Positions 13,501 through 27,169 are shown, numbered from the stretch's first letter. The stretch: DNA of 64,000 nt from Eledone cirrhosa (GCA_964016885.1 OZ024747.1:92690001-92754000); one strand, 5' to 3'. Numbers and translations are program-made. The notes: generated by a model not told the origin, from the letters alone.

Positions 13501-13739
13501 ATATATAAAGAGATATCAGAAAGAGAGATACATACATACACACGCACATATATACATACATATATACATACACACACACAGATGCAAGAAGAAGAAGAAG
13601 AAGAAGAAGAAGAAGAAGAAGAAGACACTCAAGTTGTTTCTCTCTGTTTCCCAGAGAGAAACAACTTGAACTTGCTGGAATAATGTGTGTGTGTGCATTG
13701 CTTATATATATATACAAATACACACACACACACATTCTT

Positions 13740-13905
13740 CCAGCATGGACACACTGGAAGAGGAAGACAAAGGTTAACGTATGTGGATGTCCTAAGGACA
13801 GACACTGGTCTGTTGGAGACGCAGGAGATGGCAGCGGTAATGAGGGACAGAAACCGCTGGAGAGAACTCATCCATGGATCTCAGGAATTTTACCCGCCCT
13901 AGATA
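13740..13905 (+). mobile_element. Second RTE-like LINE 3' fragment
   Basis: [23 protein letters not shown]...[11 protein letters not shown], followed by a short tagataga tail. Confidence 0.7.
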
Positions 13906-13967
13906 GATATATATATATGTATATATATATATGTATATATATATTTCTATATATATATGTATATATG

Positions 13968-13998
<31 letters not shown>

Positions 13999-14067
13999 GT
14001 ATATATATATATGTATATATATGTATATATATAGGTATGTATATATATATATGCATATATATGTATA

Positions 14068-14128
<61 letters not shown>

Positions 14129-14191
14129 GTATATATATATATGTATATATATATATGTATATATATATGTGTATATACATATATATATATA

Positions 14192-14231
<40 letters not shown>

Positions 14232-14285
14232 TATATAGACAAATAAACATACACACACATATATATATATATGTATATATATATG
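13906..14285. repeat. (TA)n/(TATG)n microsatellite
   Basis: Direct reading. Confidence 0.97.
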
Positions 14286-15705
14286 TCCTTATGTCCATGT
14301 TGACTGCATGTGTTCATGTGTATTGAGAGACAGATGATGATAAAAATAAAAAAATTACATTATGTGTAATGGCAAAATATTTATCTAAAATAATAGTGAG
14401 TGCATTTTAAAATAAACTTCTAGAGATTAAGAAAATGTTTTTCTTTTTATTAAAAATTATGATACATTATTTGTATTTATTTCTCACTTTCGACACTCAC
14501 AAAAACTTCCACATACATACACCTATGAATATAAAACCTATGTATATATCAACATAAAACATATGTATAAAATTTTAAATGATCAATATGTTTTTCCATC
14601 AAATACCTATGTTTTAATGTGGCCCTAAAGTAATGAAAGCCTCACATACATATAACATGTAGATAAATGAAGAACTCACATAGAGAGGGGAGATAAATGG
14701 CATATCTACACATTAAATGGATGCTTTAAATAAACAGATAAATGTCTCTTTACTTCCATATGCACAAATCTGATCTGATGTACCAAATGTTGCTTGATAT
14801 AACAAACAATTGTTTCCAAACATTTATGTGTAATTGAATATGTATTTATGTAAACAGAACATGAGCAAAATAAAAATAAGGGAACTAGAAATTTATGAGT
14901 AGGAAAATAATGTATTTTTGTAAAAAAAAAAAATATATATATATATAAAAAAATTAAAAAAAAACAAAGAAACAAATCTAAAAGAATAGAAAGGCTTAAT
15001 ATTAGAAAATTATGAAAGCAATCAGTAGATAATAGATGTAAGAGAGAAAACACTAACTTCTATGAACAAGTTAATCGGAACTGTAGATATTATCAGCAGC
15101 AGTAGTATTACTACCATAATATTACCACCACCATTAATATGATTCACATTTTTATATCAATTTATCTGAACTGGTTGGACAGTTGTTATAAAAATAGTAT
15201 TATATTTGTCTCTGGTTGGTTATTTTCTGAGTTTACTTCAAATCTTTCATGTGTACTACAGATATTTGTAAGTCCAAGTTTTTTAGTCGGAGAATATCTT
15301 AGATACCATGTATCTATCTGAGATATCCCTCCTCGTGTTTTGTATCTGATGCACCAGTTTTATACTATTAAAGAAGCTGCATAGACAAAGCATATGATTA
15401 ACAACAACAACAACAATCATATTCAAGCCATTTTTTCATATGAACATAAGAGTTAACCTTCCAATCCCCATGACATAAGTTCATTTATGAAACAAGGTTT
15501 TGCAGCTGGATACCCTGTCTAGTGTCAATTCTTTGTCACTTCTTACAACTTGCAGTGATATGGTGAATGAATCATTAACTGTAAATCAGAGCCTGCGTAT
15601 AAATAATGATGGCCGTTGCAAATTTGGATTAGTTTCTAAGCTGCAAAGAATCAAAAGTACTGACATTTTAAACAAGTGCTTCATCAGAGGAAGAAAAGAA
15701 CTGCT

Positions 15706-15932
15706 TTAATACTTTAGCAATTAAATCAGCCATATCCAGTCAAAATTCATTCACTTCTTTCTATTCAAACCAGCTGTAACTGGCTGCTCATACTTATGTT
15801 AAGGTATTGTCCTCAAAATAGATAATATCAAAATCTCATAGAGTCACTATTATGTGAGATATTATGTGAAATAAAGCCTTTACTGTGAAAATACAATAGT
15901 AAATATAGAGTAATGTAATGCTAAAGGGTTAA
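15706..15932 (+). mobile_element. piggyBac-type MITE M1
   Basis: TTAA...aatgctaaagggTTAA with the M1 body. Confidence 0.8.
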
Positions 15933-16077
15933 TTAATGTTCATTCTAACATTGATCATATAAGCTCAAAACGTCAGTATTCTCATTTCATCAAATCAAAT
16001 AACCCATGAGTCATGGTATCTTCCTTTCTTTCCCTCACCTGATTGAGTATTGATTCTCTGCTACTCTCTTTAATCAG

Positions 16078-16358
16078 ATTATTGAACACAAAAATTATAT
16101 TATCATGTACAAAAATTATATTATTGAGTACAAAAATTATATTATTGAGTACAAAAATTAAATTATTGAGTACACAAATTATATTACTGAGTACCCTAAT
16201 TATATTATTATGTACAAATATTATATTATTGAGTACTCAAATTATATAATGTACAAAAATTATACTATTAAGTACTCAAATTATATTATTGAGTACACAA
16301 ATTATACTATTGAGTAACATAATTGAATTATTGAATACAAAAATCAAATTATTGAGTA
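16078..16358. repeat. 21-bp minisatellite (attattgagtacaaaaattat)
   Basis: About 13 tandem units. Confidence 0.93.
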
Positions 16359-17000
16359 AAATTTGATAAAATAATCATTAATATAGACCAGTACTGTTAG
16401 AGCTACTACAAATTCACTATCTAGCAGCCACTTCAATGGATTTGAATAAACATCATTGACGTCCATTGAGCTAAGTAAACAAAAGAATTAAAGTTTTGAA
16501 GAATAGATATAATCAGATATAATTAAAATGAGATTAAAGCTACAAAACAGGTAAGTGTAATGCAAAGTAAAAGAGAGAAATAGAAAGACAACATACTGAG
16601 AAAACAGTAAAGTTTATCATAAACATAATAAGTTCTTGACAAGAGAATTGAGAAGTAATAATCCTTCATCATGGTACAAAGAAAAGAAAATGATAATGAT
16701 TTCTTATCCTTTTTAATGGCTTAGTAATGCTTTCTGAGGCTGGTGAGTGAAAGATAGAAAGATGTTATGACTCACTAGAGTAGATTTCCTTATAATCTTC
16801 TGTCCTTTACTTCCTTCAGAAGTGACCATGAGAAGAAAGGTGTAATTATTGTTTTATCTGCCTTTATAAATGACCAAACACACTAAAGAATATATTTGTT
16901 GACAAATTATTGTGAAAAAAATCACCAAATTTATAAATGGTATTGTCTGAAGGAGTGAGAAGGTATTGACGGGAATTCCTTTTTATTATTGCAAACAGAA

Positions 17001-17203
17001 GGGCGGTGGATTGGAAGTATCGGTAGAGGGTCGGACGCCATGCTTTGCAGCATAGAGTTACGGCCTTTTCAAATCCTGCCGAAGTTAACTTAGCCTTTCA
17101 TCCTTACAAAGTCAATAAAATAAAATACCAGTAATGCACTGGGGTCGATTAATCGACTTTCCGCTCCCCAAAAATTGCTGGCCTTGTGCCTATATAAGAA
17201 ACC
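17001..17203 (+). mobile_element. SINE S1 with a 16-bp TSD
   Basis: Head ggtggattgg...cggtagagggtcggacg. TSD attattgcaaacagaa at 16985-17000 and 17204-17219. Confidence 0.9.
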
Positions 17204-17427
17204 ATTATTGCAAACAGAATATAGGAAAATAGCCAAACAAACATACTCACTCCTCTGATGAGTATTGAGTATCTTTTTCAGCCATTTTGTATTGAACAGC
17301 AAGTATGGAAAATGACACTCAACAAATTGTCACTTGATAGAGACATTAACTAATTCATAATGATTTTGGTGGAGAGTGGAGAGCTTGTCAACTGAAGGAC
17401 AACCTCACACTAAAACTGGTTAGAGCT

Positions 17428-17660
17428 CATCATCATCATCACCAATTAACGTCCATCTTCCAAGCCAACATGGGTTAGACGGGTCCAATTTAGAGGCAAG
17501 TTGTGTCGAGTGACCGTGTCTCGCTCATATAGGGTGTTTCTGGCTGGTTTTCTATGGCTGGATGCCCTTCCTAATGCCAACCACATTGAAAGTATGTGCT
17601 GGGTGCTTTTTGCTGTGTCTTTTACACATCCACTTTACAGTGCGGGCTGGATGCTTATTC
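17428..17660 (-). mobile_element. Fragment of RTE-tailed SINE
   Basis: (cat)n, aacgtccatcttccaagccaacatgggttagacgg and ggctggatgcccttcctaatgccaacc. Confidence 0.75.
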
Positions 17661-18839
17661 CCCAAAACATTCCAAAGATCTCTGACATCATATATTTGAA
17701 GAGAAGAACTGCAATAAAAGCTGTGGTGGAGAGTAGAAAGGTTAGGTGTTCAATATACAGTAACATCAACCACCAGAAATTTCTGTCCTCAGAAAAGGAG
17801 GATAATAACCCCTTGCTCTCAACATCACAACCAAAAACAAGATATTTGTTATAATGGTGTGTCACACCTATTTTGTATATCTGTATGAAGTGAGAGTAAA
17901 ACCAAGGTATTCACCAGGCATAATTGCAAACTACCAACGAGAGACTACAATGAGACTCACTACACACAGTTTCTGTGACAGTTCACTTCAGTTCTTATTT
18001 AAAGACTTTTCGTCTAGTCCACTTTTAGTTACATGGGGATATTCAGGGTTTTTTCCCCACAACAATATCAACAAAAAAGGAAGCAGCATAAGGTGGCTCT
18101 CTCTCAATGAAAGCCAACAAAAATGACACAGACAAACACGTGTATCAACCAGCTCCTACCATCTTCCTCCCACTATTCATTAAATGCCAAAGAGACTGGA
18201 GCATGGGAGACCATTGTCACAAAAAGAGAGAGAGGAAAAAGCAACCAATAACCACAGTAACATTACAAATATAGCAAGGTAGATGGAACACCAAAGAACC
18301 TTCTATGTAGCAAGCACACCATCAAGAATAACAAAAACAATCACATTTGTAACCACAGCTGCAACAAAAGCACACATTAAGACATCTATATATAAATTTC
18401 TGCGATTCTGTCACAACACCTAAAGAGAGAGGAGTAGATTGACTACTTCATACTACTCCTCTCTCTTTACAACAAAAACAGGGTGCTGCTACCACTGTTA
18501 TGACTACCTCATACTCCTCTCTCTTTACATCTTATGTAAGAAATAGCAGACAATAAATGGAGAATATAAAAATATTATAAACAAATTGTTTTCTTCTTCT
18601 GTGGTCGATTTTCTACATACACACAACATAGATATATACACACACACACACACATATGCACGCGCACACGCACACACATATATACACACACGCACATATA
18701 CACACACACACACATACATATACACACACCATCAACGTATGGAAAAAAATTCTAGTAAACAATAAAACAAATAACATGGCAAAAGAACAAAAAAGAAACA
18801 AACAGCAACAACAATAATCACAAAAATAACAACACACAC

Positions 18840-19130
18840 AGAGACATTCTCTTCAACTACATAGATTTTCAGAAATATGGGTATTGATGAGCTTCCATCG
18901 AAAGTGAAACACAGGAGAACAACATTGTCATATGTAGATGACTTCATTGTAATAGTGTGGGATACCACAGAGGTATGATGGCCAGCACCATTCTACAAGA
19001 ATACAAGTTGATGACAAAAACAAAGATTAACCCATAGAAATTGATGGACTTGCAGCTTGGCTCCTTGAGAAGCAATTCCAAGCTGGGTATTGAACTATTG
19101 GAGGAGTGAAGTTGCTTCAGGTTTTGTTCA
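18840..19130 (+). pseudogene. Possible highly decayed reverse-transcriptase relic
   Basis: tatgtagatgacttcattgtaata = YVDDFIVI near 18931. There is no other support. Confidence 0.3.
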
Positions 19131-20455
19131 GTTCAGACCTCCAAGAATTTACAAGAAGGGTGGCCACACTCACCCAGAATTTGAAGGCCAGTATCTGTCT
19201 CATTGCTGGTGGTGGTGGTGCTGGTGGTGGTGGTGGTAATGATGATGCTGATGACGATGATGATGATGATGATGATCAATATCAGATTTGTGTTATTAAC
19301 ATTCATACTCTGATTTTGAGAAATAAGCATATTTCTTATAAGAAGACAAGATTTGATTTTAAAGTGGATACTCAACTTTGAAATGAATGAGTTGAGTAAG
19401 TCTTCACATGATTCTTTATCAAAGAGATTTTAATTTTTGGTCATCAGATACGTTATGTTGAGCAATATTTGAACTATAGGGTGCATGCATATATACATTT
19501 CATAACATCTAAGAAATTTAAATGGTATATAAAAAAAAAATTAAATTATGTACATTTTTAAAAAATAATATTTGTTAGATATACTTAAATCTATGGCTAA
19601 CAATAAAGGTTGATCATTACTTATGAGAAATTTATCTTACATCTACTTTTTAAACACATTTATTTTGTTAAGCTATCATCAGCTATAGTGAATTTTTTGT
19701 TATTTATTACTGAGAGCATCTTTTGTATATCAATAGTATGCTGAAAAAGTTTAACAATTAATCAGATATTTTTAATGATCAATCTGTCTTCAATAATAAC
19801 AAAAATCAATGCTTATCTAGCCATTTTTAACAAGCCATTTATAGAATTGAACAGCAGTCATGCCTTTAAATCTACACAGCACTTCTAAGGTTTCAGCATA
19901 TGAGAGTGGAATTCTATGAGAATATTCTAGCGATAACAATTTGTTTTATTTTGTCCTTTTCTTAATATAAATTTTTGCTTTGTATTTTGCTCAAAAGATT
20001 TATAATGACATTATATCAAGCATGGATGAGCACATAGGGCAAAACTATTTATCTTTATTTTCCTATAGAGAGCTGCTGCATTGGTCTAATATAATCAGAG
20101 AATCATTTGAAAGTAATACAAATGATGGGCGTGTAATGTAAGTAAAAACCAGATATATGATTATACTGTTTTATGGAAACTTATATGTTTAGAAGATAAT
20201 TATCTACTGGATAATAGTTTAGAAGATAATTATCTACTGGACAATATTTATAACAATGTTTTGATCAGTCTGCAATTTTCTTTTGATCTAGTAGTTAATA
20301 TAATTCAAGTTTTTCCGAGATGTAAATGCATCTTGTATCAAAGAACCAAAGGGGCATATTAAAGCCAAAGAACAGGCATTTTAAAAATATAATTTCACTT
20401 ATATTATGAGACCAGCTTTCATGTGGTGGCTCAACCTGCTAGAAATAGTAGCCAA

Positions 20456-20898
20456 AACAGCTTCAAATTACACCCTACCATCTTAAATAAGGAAAGTATA
20501 TGTCTAGTCTAAAGTCTGTCTTAAGCTTAGGGTGGTGCTTATCCCAGTTTCATGGCGTGAAGCAACTGAGAGTACAAGACTTCCCCCCTTGAACAGGATG
20601 CCAGTCCATCTCAGGGTTAAACCCTCAGCTATTGCTGGTACTCATTATATATAATTGTTTCTACTTTTGGCACAAGGCCAGCAGTTATCCTAGTGTATTA
20701 CTGATACTTCATTTTATCAGTAATACACTGGGATAATTGCTGGCCCTGTCCAGGAGGGAAGTCTTGTACTCTCAGTTGCTTCAAGCCATGAAACTGGGAT
20801 AAGCACCACCCTAACATGCCTTAAATGGCTTAAGACAGACTTTAGACTAGACATACACTTTCCTTATTTAAGATGGTAGGGTGTAATTTGAAGCTGTT
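20456..20898. repeat. Inverted duplication of an S2-tail/flank junction, with an inner palindrome
   Basis: Arms ~20456-20597 and ~20745-20898. Inner hairpin 20676-20745. Confidence 0.9.
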
Positions 20899-20911
20899 AT
20901 ATAATGATGAT

Positions 20912-21120
20912 AGGGTGGTGGATTGAAAGAATCAGTAGAGCGTCAGGATTTCTGAGTTCAAATCCTCGGCGAGATTTCTGAGTTCAAATCCTGCTGAGGT
21001 TAGCTTTGCCTTTCGCCCTTATGGAGTCAATAAAATAAAGTACCAGTAATGCACTGGGGTCAATTTAATTGACTTTCCCATACACTAAAATTGTTGACCT
21101 TGTGCCTAAATCAGAAACCC
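20912..21120 (+). mobile_element. SINE S1 with TSD
   Basis: TSD ttatataat(g/a)atgatag, and an internal duplication of gatttctgagttcaaatcct. Confidence 0.85.
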
Positions 21121-22604
21121 TTATATAATAATGATAGTTTATAATCTTCTGCTTGTAACAGTTAATGTAACCAGTAATATTAATATAACCAAATCAATGA
21201 AACACTCTTTCTTAGCCTATTGGACATACTGTTTAAATTCATTGTATTGAAGACACTAACCGATAGTGTTTCATTCTCAATTCACAAACATCCTACTCAT
21301 TGTGAAATAAAGTTGTTTCAGTCGATGGGCAATATCCTTCTTCATCATAAAAGAGAATAAAATAAGCTAGATCTTTCTTTAAATCTTAACAGCATCTATC
21401 ATATTGTGAATGTTAGAGAAGTTTTTTTTTTTTTATGACCCCAAATTAAATAGCATCACTAAACTTTCATTATTAGACAATTTGTTTCGTGTTCTTTTCT
21501 GTTCACGTATATTTCCTTTACACAGAAACCAATTGTATAAATGTCCTTTTATTTCCCCATCTTTTCACTCAAATGGGATTCCACAAGCCAAATCTTTCCA
21601 AGAATTGCATGCAAAATTCAGCAGCAGTGTAATCTATAACCCTAGAAGCATTATAGATTAGAATTGTCTCGCTGATAAGAGATCCATTTCATAAAGGGAG
21701 AGAACGTGAAAGAGAGACAGGCAGAATGATTGTATAAGAAAAGAAACAGATTAGGAGAGTAAGAAAAAAAATCTCATCCAAGGTTAAAACAGTAGAGGAT
21801 TAATTTTCCTGTTTGCGTTATAGTAAGATTATAAGGTGTAAATACCATTGATATGGATTCATAAGGATTAAATTATGGACATACACAACAGCATTTATAT
21901 CTATGAAAAAGAATGAGCTCAACCCTTTCATGTGTGGAAGAGCTGGCAGCACTCAGATTTCATCAGTATCAAAATCATTTGAAAATGGTTAGATCCAGGT
22001 ATTTTCCTTTTATATACTTTGTATTTTCTACCTTTCCATTTTAACCCTTTGACAACAAGATTTACACTCAGAATTGTATGTAGTAGCTATTATAAAGGCT
22101 GTTAGCATATGTGAGCTTGGAATGAAAGGGATTTGAGATACAGTTGAATAAGTAGTTCTAATAAATAAAAAGATTGAATAAAGAAACTTCTGTGCGAAGT
22201 TACTTTTTAATAATCTTCCCATGCTAAAGAGACCTACACTAAGGTTAAACTGGAGTGGAAGAAAGAAATTAAACCACTTAAGAATGACTAAAAACTGAAT
22301 TATGATGACTTGCTACAGAAATGACTAAGAACTTAAGCAACGGTGAGTAAATTAGTTAACTGAGAATATTATGAGGAAATGAAATTTTGGCATATGATAT
22401 TCTGTTCAGATTTTTAAAATAAACATTGTAATAATGAAGATTAAGATTTTCTATTGCACAAGATATAGAGCTGATGTTTTTACTGTGTAAGTTATAGAGG
22501 TGATGTTTTTTATTGTGTAAGTTATAGAGCTGAAAATGTTATAGAAGACGAGTAAATGAATTGCTCAAATGATGAACAGGAGTCTTTTGAAGTAAACATT
22601 AAGA

Positions 22605-22894
22605 TCTAAAGTCTATCTTAAGCCAGAAGGCCCGTTAGGCTAGTGCTTATCCCAGTTTCATGGCGTGAAGCGACTGAGTGTACAAGACTCCCCCACCCTC
22701 TGGATAGGACACCAGTCCATCACAGGGTTAAACCCCCAGCTATTACTGGTACTCATTTTCAGCTGAGTATACTGGAGCAACATGAAATGAAGTGTTTTAC
22801 TCAAGAACCCAACACAAAATCCAGCCCAGGATTCGAACCCATGACATTATGATCATAAGTCCAACAGCTTTACCACTAGGCCATGTGCTTCTAC
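22605..22894 (-). mobile_element. tRNA-derived CORE-like SINE S2 with an actttaga tail
   Basis: A box tggcctagtgg, B box ggttcgaatcc and core gttcttgagtaaaacacttcatttc. Confidence 0.88.
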
Positions 22895-23195
22895 AAACAT
22901 TAAGAGGAATAGTAAAAAAAAAAATTATTATATAGTGAAATATATAAAAATATAAAATATTTAAAAGAGAAGAAAAACAAAAAATAAAAGAACACAATTT
23001 AAAGAATAAATGAAATGTGGATTAGGAGTTTGTTATAAAATCTTTCTGTGTCTGCAATGTTTTCAAGAATGTGTGGAATGGTATTCAAAATTATTTTAAT
23101 AAAATAATTTACATAACTCACTCTGTAGTAAAAAACAGTGCGAAACTTCAAGTTGCTAAACTTTAAAAGGAGGCATTAAAACGGTGATGATGATG

Positions 23196-23256
<61 letters not shown>

Positions 23257-23270
23257 TATTACATATACAT

Positions 23271-23302
<32 letters not shown>

Positions 23303-23667
23303 AATGGATGTGCAATGTCAATATGCATGAACGATCAAGCATAGATGAGTTGAGAGAGAAATTGTGTATAAGAGAGATAAGTTGTGGTGTGCAGGAGAGA
23401 AGACTGCGATGGTATGGACATGTGATGCGCATGGAGGATGACCGCTGGGTAAAGAAGTGCCAAGTAATCCCAGTGGAAGGAAGACGCAGTAGAGGAAGAC
23501 CACAAAAAACATGGGCGGAGGTGGTGAGAGCAGACCTCAGATCGCTGAGGTTCACGAAGGAGATGACGAAGGACCATGACAAGTGGAGAGATGCTGTGCT
23601 GAATAGGTCCCGTCCCACCCTTGCAAGCAGGGAAAAGGGGATGTAAAATGATGATGATGATGATGAT
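23303..23667 (+). mobile_element. RTE LINE 3' end, 5'-truncated
   Basis: WMCNV...QERRLRWYGHVMR...RSRGRPQKTW, then a (GAT)n tail. Confidence 0.92.
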
Positions 23668-23769
23668 ATATATATACACATATATATATATATATTACAT
23701 ATATATTAAAGACGTGTGTGTGTGTAAATATATATGTATATATATATATTATATATATATTGTGTATAT

Positions 23770-24250
23770 ATATTGGAAGTTTCTATGAGACATCTTGCTT
23801 CTATGGCTGGAGGAAGATACCAGCCAGCCAAAAGATGACTTAGTGGTGGAGCTCTACTATAGTAAGAACTGTTAAAGTTAAGAGACATGCATGGAATGAC
23901 TGGAAGGAATAATGGGGGAAGCAAAGACCAATATCAAGTTGCTGAAAGGGACACTAGTCAAACGGTTTACTTAGCACTGAAAAGTAATGTGGGGGTCAAT
24001 GACAGTTGTTCTACGTTATGGATAAAAAATCATTGGGGAGAAGTGTGTTTGAAATAACTCTGATTCGCTTAAGCTCGTTGACACTCAGAAGAAAGAGACA
24101 TGGAAAAGCTACTATGAGAGGTTGATAAATGTGGAGAATGAGTAGAAGGAAGAGGAGCTACTAACAGTAGACTCACAACAGACTGTTATAATGTTGAAGA
24201 AGTAATCAAAGAGATGAAACTACTGGACCTTCACAGATAGTCACTGAGCT
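23770..24250 (+). mobile_element. Strongly decayed internal LINE fragment, probably RTE
   Basis: Remnants such as tggaaaagctactatgagaggttgataaatgtggagaatgag (WKSYYERLINVENE). Confidence 0.55.
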
Positions 24251-24305
24251 GCTGAAATCATCTTTTATTATAGATCTTCAGGCCATAATAGGAGTTTAGC
24301 CCTTT

Positions 24306-24405
24306 AGCAACTGACGGCTGTTTTTCGCTCATTAGCGGTTGTCAAGATTACATATCCCTTCGCTTCTGACAACCCCTAATGAGCAAGAAACGGTCGTCGG
24401 TTGCT
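24306..24405. repeat. Inverted pair of minimal hammerhead-like motifs
   Basis: caacc-c-CTAATGA-gcaa-GAAAC-ggtc-GTC-ggttg (24370-24403) and its reverse complement (24306-24344). Confidence 0.7.
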
Positions 24406-24561
24406 TCCCTTTGCTTTTGCTGAGACCAAGTAAGTGACGTAGTCACTACTTTAAAACACATACCGAATGGCCTTCAAAATGTTTTAAAATAAACATACAG
24501 TATATTATCAAATATACTATACATACATTCATACATACATCGCTATTGCAGAGCACCAATA

Positions 24562-24618
<57 letters not shown>

Positions 24619-25257
24619 TTGTCATCATCATCGTTTTACATCTGAATTTCTATGCTTGCATGAATAAAATGACTTTTCTTCAGCACAGTGTATCACCACT
24701 TGTAGGCTTTTATCATCTAATTCAAGAGGTTTAACTTCCTGAAATCACATCTCACCACTTTTTCCCATGTCTTCCTCGGTCTTCCTCTATTGAAGGTTAT
24801 TTCCACTTGGATTGCTTGACAATTTTTTTTTTACACACACACAAATATATGTTCACATGTATTTGTGTGTGTGTATGTATTTTTGTGTGTGCATGTGTGT
24901 ATGTGTGCATTAGTGTGTGTGTGTGTTTGTTCAATATTCTATATTATGGAATGGATAATTTGGATGGTTCTTCTGAGGTTTTATGGAATGGAAATCTCAA
25001 GTAAGAGTTTATTTTTCAATTATATTTCCTTTTGATTGTAAAAATTTGCTTGAATTGTGCATTTCAGGTTTCAGTAATAATCCTGGGAGATGACTCACTG
25101 TGGCTCACACTGACAAATAAAGGATCTAATCTTTTTGTAAGGTATTAGAGGCAAGCTTTCGAGTTAGATTGGATATTAATGGAATTTTCATCCTCAAATG
25201 TTCAGCCACATTTTGGCCAGTTCTTTCTATAGATAAATTTCCTCTTTAGTACAGATA

Positions 25258-25326
25258 TATATGTGTGCATATATATACATATATACACACTCACACATTT
25301 ATATATACACACACACACACACATTT

Positions 25327-25391
<65 letters not shown>

Positions 25392-25573
25392 AATACACAC
25401 ACATATATACATATATGTATAAGTGTATGTTTATATATATATGTGTGTGTGTGTGTGAGTGTGAGTATGTGTGTGTGTATATATATATATGTGTGTGTGT
25501 ATATTTGTGTGCATATAAATATGTGTGTGTGTGTATTTGTGTATATATATATGTATATATGTGTGTGTGTATT

Positions 25574-25632
<59 letters not shown>
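25258..25632. repeat. (TA)n/(CA)n/(TG)n compound microsatellite
   Basis: Direct reading. Confidence 0.96.
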
Positions 25633-26125
25633 AATTTTTCTTTACAATTGTTTAACAAAATGACTTTCTACAATTCTGTTTCTTTTGATGTTGGTTTACT
25701 GTGTGTGCTAGTACATTGTTATGATTCGATAATCCTGGAACAAGATTAAATCAAACTGCAATGATATCAATAATAATATATTTGTTAGTATTATATCTAT
25801 AATAGTTATCTGCAGCAAACTAACCAACTGTAGAGGAATTACTCCAACCGTATGCTAATATATAAAATAAAAATATTCCCTCGATATTTATATGAAAAAT
25901 TGATGTAAAATAGTGTAAAAAAAAAAACAAATATGTATTTCATTACCAAAATTTTGTTGAGAAAATATTACTGAATAAATTCAGCAGTTTCTTTTTGCTG
26001 TTTCATTTTCAACAATAGGATCAACCATTTTGGCAAAACAAAAATATGTCTTCTTATGTATTGCAAGAAATTAATAGTTTTGTGGTAGTGTTTTATCGAT
26101 GTTCCAATAATTATTTCGATCTGAA

Positions 26126-26412
26126 AGTCTAAAGTCTGTTTTAAGCCAGAAGGCTCGTTAGGCCGGTGCTTATCCCAGTTTCATGGTATGAAGTGACTGA
26201 GAGTACAAGACTCTCCCCTGGACAGGACACCAGTCCATCACAGGGTTAAACCCCCAGCTATTACTGGTACTCATTTTCAGCTGAATATACTGGAGCAACA
26301 TGAAATGAAGTGTTTTGCTCAAGAACACAACACACAACCCAGCCCAGGAATCAAACCCATGGCATTATGATCATAAGTCTAACACCCTTACCACTAGGCC
26401 ATGCACCTCCAC
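26126..26412 (-). mobile_element. SINE S2, full length
   Basis: Colinear with 22605-22894. Confidence 0.88.
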
Positions 26413-26541
26413 AATTATTTTGATGATTACTCATATTGCAGTTCAGTAAGTAAACATCATTTAGCTTGAGAATAATGGCTAGATAAGTGATTTTTCTATA
26501 CTGATCCATTCCTAGTTTTGTATACTCATCTCTGTTTCTTG

Positions 26542-26914
26542 TTAACCCTTTAGCATTTACATTACTATTGTATTTTTATCGTAAAGGCTTTATCTCACAT
26601 AATTATCTCACATAGAGTTACGGCCCTTGCCATTCTGAGTTCAAATCCCGCCGAGGTTAACTTTGCCTTTCATCCTTACGGGGTCGATAAAATAAAGTAC
26701 CAGTAATGCACTTGGTAATTGCTGGCCTTGTGCCTAAAGTAGAAACAATAATTATCTCACATAATATCGAATCTATGAGATTTTGATGATGATATTATTT
26801 ATTTTGAGAACAATACCATAATGTCAGAATGAGTAGCCAGTTACAGCTGGTTTGAACTGAAAGAAGTGTGAGAATACTGGCTGGATGTTACCAGTTTAAA
26901 TGCCAAAGGGTTAA
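26542..26914 (-). mobile_element. MITE M1 with a nested SINE S1 (~26615-26750, +)
   Basis: TTAAccctttagcattt...aaatgccaaagggTTAA. SINE TSD aattatctcacata. Confidence 0.88.
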
Positions 26915-26955
26915 AGCAATAATCAACTCTGAGTTAGTAGAGTTTGTCATTAACA

Positions 26956-27169
26956 TTAACTCTTTAGCATTTAAACCGGCCATACCCGGCCAGAATTCTC
27001 TCACCTCTTTCTGTTCAAACTGACTATAACCAGCCACCCGTACTGATGTTAAGGTATTGTTCTCAAAATCTCATAGATTCGATATTATGTGAGATAATTA
27101 TGTAAGATAAAGCTGTTACCGCAAAAATACAATAGAAAATATAGAGTAATGTAAATGGTAAAGGATTAA
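26956..27169 (+). mobile_element. piggyBac-type MITE M1
   Basis: TTAA-flanked terminal inverted repeats with the M1 body. Confidence 0.88.

Noticed and set aside
15945-15985. aaaacgtcagt resembling a hammerhead 3' end
   Set aside because: Both core strands are too degenerate to call.
20187-22535. Short ~30-bp tandem duplications (20187/20217 and ~22465-22533)
   Set aside because: Ordinary slippage events with no further structure.
22820-22894. tRNA gene-like A/B boxes (also 26.4, 50.0, 57.6 and 59.2 kb)
   Set aside because: They run into SINE cores and tails and do not form a full cloverleaf.
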